Positions 1 through 6,826 of a stretch of 20,000 bases of DNA are shown here, piece after piece (position 1 is the first letter of the stretch; every line of letters begins with the position of its first letter). The stretch lies in contig CAZFGR010000001.1 in assembly GCA_964518475.1 (NCBI GenBank), forward strand, positions 234,062 through 254,061. The letters run 5' to 3'. This stretch comes from an uncultured Nitrososphaerota archaeon (GTDB lineage Archaea; Asgardarchaeota; Njordarchaeia; Njordarchaeales; Njordarchaeaceae). Both the position numbers and the translations under genes were made by a program. A model generated the notes under the pieces. The model ran no database searches, had not been told where the DNA came from, and was given only the letters and a program-made list of their open reading frames with translations.

Positions 1-377
1 CCTATCTTTAACCCCTTATTAACAAGAATATTTGTAGCTAATAGAATGAATGAGCTTTTGCCCACGTCTGTATAACCGAGAACGCTTATAATAAGAGGTT
101 TCACTCGTTTAGCTTGCTCTTCTATAAGTGTAATGGTATGATACCATTCCTCAGGAAATAGTTCGTTGCTGATGTTAGATATTTCACAGCCATTTATTAG
201 GAGTGTTGTATCTTCGAGAACTCTTGTTGGGAGAACTCGGCCTCTAGGAACTCTAACTTCTTTTTCAGCACCAATAATTGCTCCAAATATTTCCAGTAAT
301 CCCCCCCGGATAATTATAGAGCCGTCTGAAATACCGCGAATAAGGCATCTCTGCCCTTTTCTAAGCTTAGCTTCCAC
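1..377 (-). CDS. Clp1/Grc3-type polynucleotide 5'-kinase-like P-loop protein, N-terminal part (gene continues past the window start)
   Basis: Not in the ORF track because it runs off the edge. My minus-strand translation from GTG at 377 gives VEAKLRKGQRCLIRGISDGSIIIRGGLLEIFGAIIGAEKEVRVPRGRVLPTRVLEDTTLLINGCEISNISNELFPEEWYHTITLIEEQAKRVKPLIISVLGYTDVGKSSFILLATNILVNKGLKI. It has an N-terminal beta domain followed by a GxxDxGKS Walker A typical of Clp1/COG1341. The start codon is uncertain. Confidence 0.45.
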   Translation of the reverse strand, partial: MEAKLRKGQRCLIRGISDGSIIIRGGLLEIFGAIIGAEKEVRVPRGRVLPTRVLEDTTLLINGCEISNISNELFPEEWYHTITLIEEQAKRVKPLIISVLGYTDVGKSSFILLATNILVNKGLKI

Positions 378-562
378 ATTCTTGCACCCTTACGAGATAA
401 CGCCTTGTCTTACGAGAAACTCTCTACGCAACACATAAGAGTTCATGGATGGTACAACCTGCTAGCAATCTCTCTCATAGATAATCGCGGATATTACACA
501 TTTGTTTACGCTTCACACTACAAGATTACTCTGAATTATTGCTTAAGAAGAAGATAGAAGGA

Positions 563-712
563 TGGTGGGCCCGGGCGGATTTGAACCGCCGACCTCCCGG
601 TGTCTGAGACTATCTAGACTCCGAAGCTATTTATGACACTTGACACTTATTATTTTTATCAGGTGAGGCCTCTTATCAGCCGGGCGCTCTAGCCAGGCTG
701 AGCTACGGGCCC
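563..712 (-). tRNA. tRNA-Ile (anticodon GAU) with a 72-nt intron at the canonical 37/38 position; 3' CCA is genome-encoded
   Basis: The minus strand folds as GGGCCCG-UA-GCUC-AGCCUGGCUA-GAGC-G-CCCGG-CUGAUA[intron]A-CCGGG-AGGUC-GGCGG-UUCAAAU-CCGCC-CGGGCCC-A-CCA. All four stems are Watson-Crick. It is a GC-rich island in AT-rich DNA. Confidence 0.9.
602..673 (-). other. tRNA intron (72 nt) bounded by a canonical bulge-helix-bulge motif
   Basis: C32-A35 (CUGA) pair with intron UCAG. This leaves 3-nt bulges UA|A (5' splice site) and AC|A (3' splice site) separated by 4 bp. The intron contains the tandem AGUGUCA-AGUGUCA. Confidence 0.8.
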
Positions 713-1000
713 AAGTTTCATTTAGCTATTCTAATCATCTTTCTACTCGAATAAGTTTTTAAAAATTTTCTTGTGGATGATTCTGCATTATATATTCTAT
801 GTTTTTACCCAGCTATACTCAGTATTACTTACTTTTCTTCTTAACTAGTTGCACACCTATAATTAACGGGCAAATATTTAGTCATTGCTTTTCACTTGTT
901 AATTTACTCGTAGTTTATTTTGCTATTCTTTAAGCTTTAAATATTCTGTCAAGGGATTAGATACCATATCCAGATTGCGAATTAGTTGTAGGTGTTCATT

Positions 1001-1489
1001 ATGGGTAAAAAAGTAACCTTGACATTTCTAGTAAAGGGCGGAGAGGCTACACCCGGACCCCCAATAGGTCCTGCTCTTGGTCCATATGGTGTGCCTATTG
1101 GCAAAGTAGTAGCTGATATTAATAAAGCCACGAGTAACTGGAAAGGTTTAGTGGTTCCAGTTAAGGTGATTATTGATACGGCTGAGAGAACTTGGCAAAT
1201 AGAGGTAGGAACTCCCTACACCTCAGCATTGATTTTGAAAGAACTCAGAAAAGAAAAAGGGTCTGGGCAAGCTGGTAAAGAAATCATTGGGGATCTTCCT
1301 CTTGAGAAAGTTGTAGAAATTGCTAAAATGAAAAAAGACAGTATGTATGTGAAGGATCTTCGAGGAGCCATTAAGAGTGTCCTAGGTACAATGGTTTCCA
1401 TGGGTGTTACTTGCGAGGGCAGAGATCCTCGAGAGATTATACGCAATCTTGATGAATGGTTAAAAAAGAAAAATATAAAGCTTGAATGA
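1001..1489 (+). CDS. rpl11: 50S ribosomal protein L11 (uL11)
   Basis: The translation GKKVTLTFLVKGGEATPGPPIGPALGPYGV is the L11 signature. AGGTG lies 5-6 nt upstream of ATG 1001, so I prefer this start to the track's GTG at 992. Confidence 0.93.
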   Translation: MGKKVTLTFLVKGGEATPGPPIGPALGPYGVPIGKVVADINKATSNWKGLVVPVKVIIDTAERTWQIEVGTPYTSALILKELRKEKGSGQAGKEIIGDLPLEKVVEIAKMKKDSMYVKDLRGAIKSVLGTMVSMGVTCEGRDPREIIRNLDEWLKKKNIKLE

Positions 1490-1567
1490 TATACTCATTA
1501 TTTCACCCGAATCGTTTGGGTCTTGATTTGGGAGATGAACCGATGAATCTTTGAAAGGTGATTTAAT

Positions 1568-1951
1568 ATGTCTTTGCCCCCGTATGTGACTTGGGAAACC
1601 CCCAAAGAGCTTGCTGAAGAAGCATTAAAACTTTTAGAGGAAGTAAGAAAAGAGGGTGGAAAGGTAAGAAAGGGCGTTAATGAGACAACAAAAGCTGTTG
1701 AAAGGGGTCAAGCAAAGCTTGTGTATATCGCTATGGATGTAAATCCGCCAGAAATAGTCATGCACTTACCACCTTTATGCGAGGAAAGAGGTGTACCGTA
1801 TCTTTTTGTGCCATCTAAAGCAGAACTAGGTAAAGCAGCTGGAATTGAAAGACCAGCCTCCTCTGCAGCCATAGTGGAACCTGGAAGAGTAGCTGAAAGA
1901 CTTCAGCGAATAATTCAAAAGATTCGGGAACTAAGGCTCACTAAAAAATAG
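1568..1951 (+). CDS. rpl7ae: 50S ribosomal protein L7Ae (K-turn binding protein)
   Basis: The translation [64 protein letters not shown] matches the L7Ae/L30e family. A GGTGA Shine-Dalgarno motif lies upstream. Confidence 0.93.
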   Translation: MSLPPYVTWETPKELAEEALKLLEEVRKEGGKVRKGVNETTKAVERGQAKLVYIAMDVNPPEIVMHLPPLCEERGVPYLFVPSKAELGKAAGIERPASSAAIVEPGRVAERLQRIIQKIRELRLTKK

Positions 1952-2007
1952 GCCTTAAATACTCTTTCTAGTTCTTCTTTTTCTTCAATTAGTAAGAGGT
2001 GTACGCG

Positions 2008-2286
2008 GTGCCAAAAGCGAAACGATCAAAAGAAACTAAAGAAGATGCAAAAGAGGATCAGGAATTCAGCGTTGAAGATATCGGTATCCCCGCGGTAGTA
2101 GAATATATTGTAGAGAGAATGGGTCGTGCTGGAGAAGTAATTCAAGTTCGTGCGAGAATACTTGAAGGACCAGATAAAGGAAGGATAATTACTCGTAACG
2201 TTAAGGGCCCTGTAAGGCCAGGAGATATTCTTATGCTTCGAGAAACAGAGAGGGAAGCTACAAGAATCAAAGCCCAGAGGAGGTAG
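2008..2286 (+). CDS. rps28e: 30S ribosomal protein S28e with a Lys/Glu-rich N-terminal extension
   Basis: The core [46 protein letters not shown] is the S28e core. GAGGTG precedes GTG 2008; the track ORF starts at 1999. Confidence 0.88.
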   Translation: MPKAKRSKETKEDAKEDQEFSVEDIGIPAVVEYIVERMGRAGEVIQVRARILEGPDKGRIITRNVKGPVRPGDILMLRETEREATRIKAQRR

Positions 2287-2292
2287 AAAGAT

Positions 2293-2484
2293 ATGGTTAA
2301 ATGTTCCTTTTGCGGAAAGGAGATCCCTCCAGGTACTGGTTTAATGTATGTTTTTAACTCTGGTAGAATTTTATGGTTCTGTTCCAAAAAGTGCAAAGTA
2401 CATGCATTGGAGAGGAAACGTAGTCCAACTAAAGTCAAATGGACTAGGGCCTATAGATTAGCTCGTAAAAAAGCTAAAACATGA
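2293..2484 (+). CDS. rpl24e: 50S ribosomal protein L24e
   Basis: The translation MVKCSFCGKEIPPGTGLMYVFNSGRILWFCSKKC shows the L24e zinc-binding fold. It sits in the conserved L7Ae-S28e-L24e order. Confidence 0.9.
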   Translation: MVKCSFCGKEIPPGTGLMYVFNSGRILWFCSKKCKVHALERKRSPTKVKWTRAYRLARKKAKT

Positions 2485-2633
2485 TGAGTACTATTTTGCT
2501 AATCAGAAATTTTATTTACAGTTTTACTACCTTTTATTCTCTTCTAGTGACCTTGTAGTGTAAAGAACACTAGTAGTGCATACCCCATAACTAGCTATTT
2601 TCTTTTAGCCCTATTTTTAGGAGGTGAGGAAAA

Positions 2634-2903
2634 ATGAAAAATGATGAAAAACAGCAAGCTCTTGAGAATGCTAAGAAAATTTTAATAAAAATTTCCCGCG
2701 ATTTAAGTACTCCGAGAAATATTAGAAGAGCCGCCCGTAATGCTTTGCGGGAACTTGAAAACGAGGATTTGAGCCTAGCTTTAAGAGCCGCAAATGCTAT
2801 AGATATTCTTCAGGAAATCACTGATGATCCTCAGATTCCTCCTTTCGCAAGAACAGCTATTCTTGAGGCAATTTCTCTTCTGGATATGGTAGCGAAGGAA
2901 TGA
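2634..2903 (+). CDS. UPF0147 family protein (small helical protein conserved in archaea)
   Basis: The motifs STPRNIRRAARNAL...LSLALRAANAIDILQEITDDPQIPPFARTAILEAISLL match my memory of the UPF0147 pattern. A GGAGGTGAGG Shine-Dalgarno motif lies upstream. Confidence 0.7.
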   Translation: MKNDEKQQALENAKKILIKISRDLSTPRNIRRAARNALRELENEDLSLALRAANAIDILQEITDDPQIPPFARTAILEAISLLDMVAKE

Positions 2904-2970
2904 AGAACGAGAGAAATGAATAACACAGATAATACTTGGCAAACTTTTTCTTAAAAATTAAAATTAATTT

Positions 2971-3609
2971 TTATTCCCGAACTTCCGAGATTCCTAGCTT
3001 TTCCTTAGTCATTCTGGCTAGATTCTCAAGCTCGGCTTTATAGATTTCTGGAAAGACTCTATACAGCATGGCTAGACGAGCTGCTTCTTGGAAAACTCTC
3101 TTAACTCCTTTTCCATCGATAGCTATTGTTCTAAAGACTGGAAGTGGTCTGTCTATTCTTAAAGTTCTAAGAAGAACTGTTTCGGGTAATGCATCTGGCA
3201 AATCTCTTTTATTTAATGCAATAACTACTGGGATTTCACCCCATTTTTTACCAAGAAACTCTCGTAACTCGTTGATACTGTAAACGTTCTCATTTATGGC
3301 CTCGGGGTCACTATCAGCTACGAATACTACCGCATCGGCTCCCTCCAGGATAACTCTTCTTTGACGCTTATGTCTCTTCTGACCCGGTACGGTGTATACA
3401 TCAAACAATACTTTCCCTTTCGTTAATAGTGGCATATAATCAAAGTATAGAGTTCTGCCCGATGGGTCTTCTACAGAATGTATTCTTCCTTTTTTTAACC
3501 CTAGGATTCTATTATATAACGCTTTAACCATAGTTGTTTTTCCGGCCATCGAGGGGCCATAGAAAACAATTTTAAACCGATAGTAACCATGTCTGTCCTT
3601 ATATACCAT
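2971..3609 (-). CDS. MglA-like small GTPase
   Basis: The P-loop is GPSMAGKTT. Switch II is TVPGQ, with Thr in place of the Ras Asp, which is the MglA hallmark. ADAVVFVADS and NKRD motifs are also present. Confidence 0.8.
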   Translation of the reverse strand: MVYKDRHGYYRFKIVFYGPSMAGKTTMVKALYNRILGLKKGRIHSVEDPSGRTLYFDYMPLLTKGKVLFDVYTVPGQKRHKRQRRVILEGADAVVFVADSDPEAINENVYSINELREFLGKKWGEIPVVIALNKRDLPDALPETVLLRTLRIDRPLPVFRTIAIDGKGVKRVFQEAARLAMLYRVFPEIYKAELENLARMTKEKLGISEVRE

Positions 3610-3860
3610 CTAGCTGTAACCTCCGCTCAGCCTTAATTCTATATCGTTAGCTAAGTATGGTAATTCAATATAATATTAAATATCAATTTTCTGCAGCATA
3701 TGATAAAATGATTACACTACCGGAGAGACACCTCTATCTTTATTATTTAACCTCTTATGATTTATTGGAGGGATCGGCACCTAATCTTGCTTTGTGTTAC
3801 TTTGTACTTAATTCTCCCTATTTTCTTTCCTTCACTATATTAACTTATTATAAATTATTT

Positions 3861-4667
3861 TTAAAGAATGCGGGGCGCCAGTAGGTAAACTAATTCTGTT
3901 CCTCCACCTACCATGAAAGTCATCTTAAGTGGCATGTTCTTAGAATACTCTATTCTAACGACATCTGCTACCTTAGCGGCTCTTATGAATTTTCTAAGGA
4001 AGTCTAATGAGTATAAGGCCTCTGCATCATTTTTTATCTCGTATTGGACAACAGTGTCCTCTCGTTCTAAGGGTGCTACATATTCATAAAATCCACCTGT
4101 TTCGCTCTCAGCGATAAAACGCATTTCTTTTGTATCACTCGTAGTAACTAATCGTAGATCCTCTCCCACAACTTTAGCATCTGAGATTATGTCATTGAGG
4201 AAACTAGCAGGGGCGAACTCTACTAGTACGTCATACTGTAACTCCTTAACGTTTATCCTAGCTTCTTCAGGGATCTCTATAATTGGTAATGCGAAAGTCC
4301 TTTGTAATGATCGTTCGTCAAGGGTCCCCCTGAAGAAAGTGATTGCAAAGAATTGTCTATTTCTTTCCTTTCTGAGAGATAGTAATATGCTATCCTTTGC
4401 CTTTCCTCGTTGGAAAACTTTTTTCAACTCTCCAAAATTTACACCAATAACTATTGTGTCTCCATCCTCTGGGGGTTCAAAATCGTACTTGTGAAAAACA
4501 TTAGCCGGCATTTTTAATATAACCATGGCCACTCTTGATTCATCAATTGCAGAGAATTCGATACCATCTTCTCGAACATAGAAATTGCCCTCACTAATGA
4601 CACCAGATATTGCCGCGATAATCTCTCTTAGCGTTTTCGCTTCATCATAAGCAGCTTCCCATCTCAT
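3861..4667 (-). CDS. pcn: DNA polymerase sliding clamp PCNA
   Basis: The N-terminus ...LREIIAAISGVISEGNFYVREDGIEFSAIDESRVAMVILKMPANVF and the C-terminal YLLAPRI are PCNA-like. GGTGA lies 6 nt upstream of the ATG. Confidence 0.85.
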   Translation of the reverse strand: MRWEAAYDEAKTLREIIAAISGVISEGNFYVREDGIEFSAIDESRVAMVILKMPANVFHKYDFEPPEDGDTIVIGVNFGELKKVFQRGKAKDSILLSLRKERNRQFFAITFFRGTLDERSLQRTFALPIIEIPEEARINVKELQYDVLVEFAPASFLNDIISDAKVVGEDLRLVTTSDTKEMRFIAESETGGFYEYVAPLEREDTVVQYEIKNDAEALYSLDFLRKFIRAAKVADVVRIEYSKNMPLKMTFMVGGGTELVYLLAPRIL

Positions 4668-4977
4668 CTCTATTCACCGGTACATGATAATATTAACTAA
4701 ACACTGATCCAAATAAAGAGATAGAAAGATAAACATTAAACTTTTTTGGAGACTCTACACTAATCACCAGAAGATAGACACTAAAAGAACAAAGATATAG
4801 GGAGATATTATTAATGGAATATGCTCGTAAAGGTACCTTATTGTTTATCCTTCTTAATAGGTGGTGAGATAAGTTTGAAAGCTTTGATTTCGAGAGCCCA
4901 GAAAAATATGAAATAGCCTTACCTCCTTAGGTGCTTCTTTTTTCTCCCAATAGTTATCAGGTTGATTAGAAATTAGT

Positions 4978-5143
4978 GCCCGCCCCCGAGGTTTCCGTGT
5001 TCGGAATGGGAACGGGCGTGACCCCTCCCCTGTGGCCGCGTCCCCCTTTAAGGAGGACGCAGCAAGGGCCTTTCCCGCGCCCTCGCGGAGCGCGGTACTC
5101 GGTCCCTCGTGGGAGGGCTTAGCTTCCGGCCTCGGGGGCGGGT
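4978..5143 (-). rRNA. rrf: 5S rRNA gene, circularly permuted (3' half, then UUAAA cap, then 5' half) and flanked by a 13-bp leader/trailer helix
   Basis: The minus strand contains every 5S hallmark, but in swapped order. GCUAAGCCCUCCC, the loop E block GAGUA/GGGAAA and helix IV CCGCGC/GCGCGG come first. GGCCACAGGGGAGGGGUCACGCCCGUUCCCAUUCCGAACACGG comes last. The predicted mature segment is 5123 down to 4993 (131 nt, of which 126 nt is 5S plus a 5-nt cap). Confidence 0.8.
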
Positions 5144-5180
5144 TCGCCTGCCAACATCATCCATTACTACAGCTCATTCA

Positions 5181-5193
5181 TTTTTAAATTTTA
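5181..5193 (-). promoter_or_regulatory. TATA box candidate for the permuted 5S rRNA gene
   Basis: The minus strand reads UAAAAUUUAAAAA, about 38 nt upstream of the leader helix. A TATA box centred near -26 would put the transcription start near 5160 and give a leader of about 15-20 nt. Confidence 0.4.
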
Positions 5194-5248
5194 TTCTTCT
5201 TTTTATTCCTCAATCCAAATTACTGCTTGATTAGTGAAGGACTGCTGA

Positions 5249-5310
5249 AATCTCAGCCTGCCCATCGTCGCTCATCAATTCGCTCAAGGATGAATTCATC
5301 ATCGATGCCT
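5249..5310 (-). ncRNA. Candidate box C/D sRNA (weak)
   Basis: On the minus strand there is a C box AUGAUGA (5302-5296), a C' box UGAUGA (5277-5272) and a D box CUGA (5256-5253). A 3-bp terminal stem (AUC/GAU) is possible. D' is degenerate (GCGA or UUGA), and the C'-to-D spacer is 15 nt instead of the usual 12. Confidence 0.3.
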
Positions 5311-5359
5311 TGTTAAAAAATCTCTTCTACGAGTTAATGTCTTATAGGGCTGTAATTGT

Positions 5360-6673
5360 TTATATGAATTTCTTAACTCTAGCTAATCTCGGGAACGGTA
5401 AAGTGTCTCGAATATGATCTAATTTTAGTATCCACATAAGCAGTCTTTCAATACCTAATCCGAAACCACTATGAGGAACGCTTCCGTATCTTCTTAGATC
5501 TAGATACCAATCATAATCCCTCGGATCGAATCCTTCAGCTTTTATCCTTTCGATTAAAACATCTGCGTTATCTTCTCTTTGACTACCGCCTATTATCTCC
5601 CCGTAACCTTCAGGAGCCAATAGATCTGCTGATAAACTTATCTCTGGTCTTTTCTCGTCAACCTTAACGTAGAAGGCTTTAAGATGCGTGGGAAAATGCG
5701 TTAAGAAGAACCATTCTCCAATCTCTTCTGAAAGTATCTTTTCTTCATCTCCTCCAATATCATCTCCCCATTTTATTTTCATACCTTTGGATTGCAGAAT
5801 CTCTATTGCCTCATCATATTTTACTCTTTTAAACGGTGGTTTTACTTCTTCTAAGGAATCCAATGAGCCCCTAAATTCCTGAATTATTTTCGAGACTACA
5901 TCATTTTCAAGCAGTTTCTGGATGATGAGGTAGATAAGCTCCTCTTCTACCTTTAAAATATTTTCGAGATCATACCAAGCAGCTTCAGCTTCAAGGTGCC
6001 AATATTCTGCTAAGTGCCTTCTAGTTCTCGATTTTTCGGCTCGGAAAGAGGGAGTAAGACTCCAGACTTTTCCCAAAGAGAATATCATAACCTCCAGATA
6101 TAGCTGGGCTGATTGTGAAAGATAGACCTTTGAATTGTCGAAATAATTGACGGAGAATAGCGTTGCACCTCCTTCACATGCTGTACTGACTAGAATCGGT
6201 GGGGAGACTTCATACCAACCATTTTTTCGGAAATATTCTCGTGCTGCATGTAATAATGCGTCTCGTACGACCCATATTTTGGTATATCTGAGAGAGCGAA
6301 TCGCTAGATGCCTCCATCGCATAAGGACATCGGGCGGTTGTTCTTTTTTCCCCAAGGGGTATGGAGACTCGGCCACACTCGTAATCTCTAAGTCTTTTAC
6401 TATGAGCTCCTCTCCTCCGGGAGCTCTAGGATTCTTGACTAATTCACCCCTTACAACAACTGATGATTCCTGTGAAACACGCTCTAGAAGATTCCACTTA
6501 TTATCTGGTAACACACCTTTTTTGGCGACAGCCTGGAGGATTCTCCATGGAAAATCGGTAGTCCTCATATCTAAGAAGATTATTTTACCATGTTCCCTCT
6601 TCTTTACAACCCACCCTTTAAATTCTAGCAATTTATCTGTGCTCGTCATCTTAAATACCGCATGTAAAATCAT
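5360..6673 (-). CDS. asnS: Asparaginyl-tRNA synthetase
   Basis: This is a class IIb synthetase. The motifs TPSFRAEKSRTRRHLAEYWHLEAEAAW, KAFYV, LLAPEGYGEIIGGSQRE and WYLDLRRYGSVPHSGFGLGIERL closely match archaeal AsnRS. The track start (6712) is a TTG; ATG 6673 or ATG 6649 is more likely. Confidence 0.9.
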   Translation of the reverse strand: MILHAVFKMTSTDKLLEFKGWVVKKREHGKIIFLDMRTTDFPWRILQAVAKKGVLPDNKWNLLERVSQESSVVVRGELVKNPRAPGGEELIVKDLEITSVAESPYPLGKKEQPPDVLMRWRHLAIRSLRYTKIWVVRDALLHAAREYFRKNGWYEVSPPILVSTACEGGATLFSVNYFDNSKVYLSQSAQLYLEVMIFSLGKVWSLTPSFRAEKSRTRRHLAEYWHLEAEAAWYDLENILKVEEELIYLIIQKLLENDVVSKIIQEFRGSLDSLEEVKPPFKRVKYDEAIEILQSKGMKIKWGDDIGGDEEKILSEEIGEWFFLTHFPTHLKAFYVKVDEKRPEISLSADLLAPEGYGEIIGGSQREDNADVLIERIKAEGFDPRDYDWYLDLRRYGSVPHSGFGLGIERLLMWILKLDHIRDTLPFPRLARVKKFI

Positions 6674-6826
6674 ACTTGCCTTGCTGTTTAATGTGTAACT
6701 AAACCAACTCAAACAATTCCACTATCATGTTAAAGTTAGGTAGTAGTTTATGTTTAAGCATATTTATGACATCTTCTTAAAAGATGATTAACCAATTATC
6801 ATACTTGACAACGTTATAAACGATAG

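Noticed and set aside
166-438. Track ORF of 90 aa on the plus strand
   Set aside because: It is antisense to the better-supported Clp1-like ORF, which has a P-loop and a sensible domain order. Its composition is low-complexity and Ser/Pro/Ile-rich.
1216-1446. Other short antisense track ORFs: 1216-1446, 2142-2438, 3068-3283, 4189-4494, 5688-5882, 7021-7278, 8138-8350, 12553-12789, 13078-13332 and 15512-15712
   Set aside because: Each lies inside, and opposite to, a confidently identified housekeeping gene. None has recognisable motifs.
1535-1566. Possible K-turn in the L7Ae 5' UTR (GAUGAACCGAUGAAUCUUUGAAAGGUGAUUU), which could mediate L7Ae autoregulation overlapping the GGUGA Shine-Dalgarno motif
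   Set aside because: GA dinucleotides and a small AUCU/AGGU hairpin are present. However, I could not build a proper C-helix (at most 2 pairs), and the 3b/4b positions do not pair. The case is too weak to call without a K-turn search or structure probing.
2481-2487. C-box-like AUGAUGA at the L24e stop codon, followed 16 nt later by CAGA
   Set aside because: It overlaps the tandem stop codons TGATGA. No C' box or proper D box follows at the right spacing, so this is most likely coincidence.
3657-3884. Track ORF of 75 aa in the MglA/PCNA intergenic region
   Set aside because: The sequence is AT-rich and Tyr/Leu/Phe-rich, typical of translated non-coding DNA. There is no Shine-Dalgarno motif, and it overlaps the PCNA 3' end. 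The region more likely holds the MglA-like gene's promoter.
4978-5143. Reading the GC-rich element as an ordinary colinear 5S rRNA, or as a plus-strand structured RNA (SRP or RNase P fragment)
   Set aside because: On the plus strand no known RNA-family motif appears, and the end of the terminal helix would differ. On the minus strand every 5S motif is present, but loop C/helix III sits at the two ends and helix I sits in the middle. A colinear fold is therefore impossible, and only the permuted reading works.
6147-6698. Track ORF of 183 aa on the plus strand
   Set aside because: It lies entirely antisense to asnS, whose identity is unambiguous. It has no recognisable motifs and is a shadow ORF.
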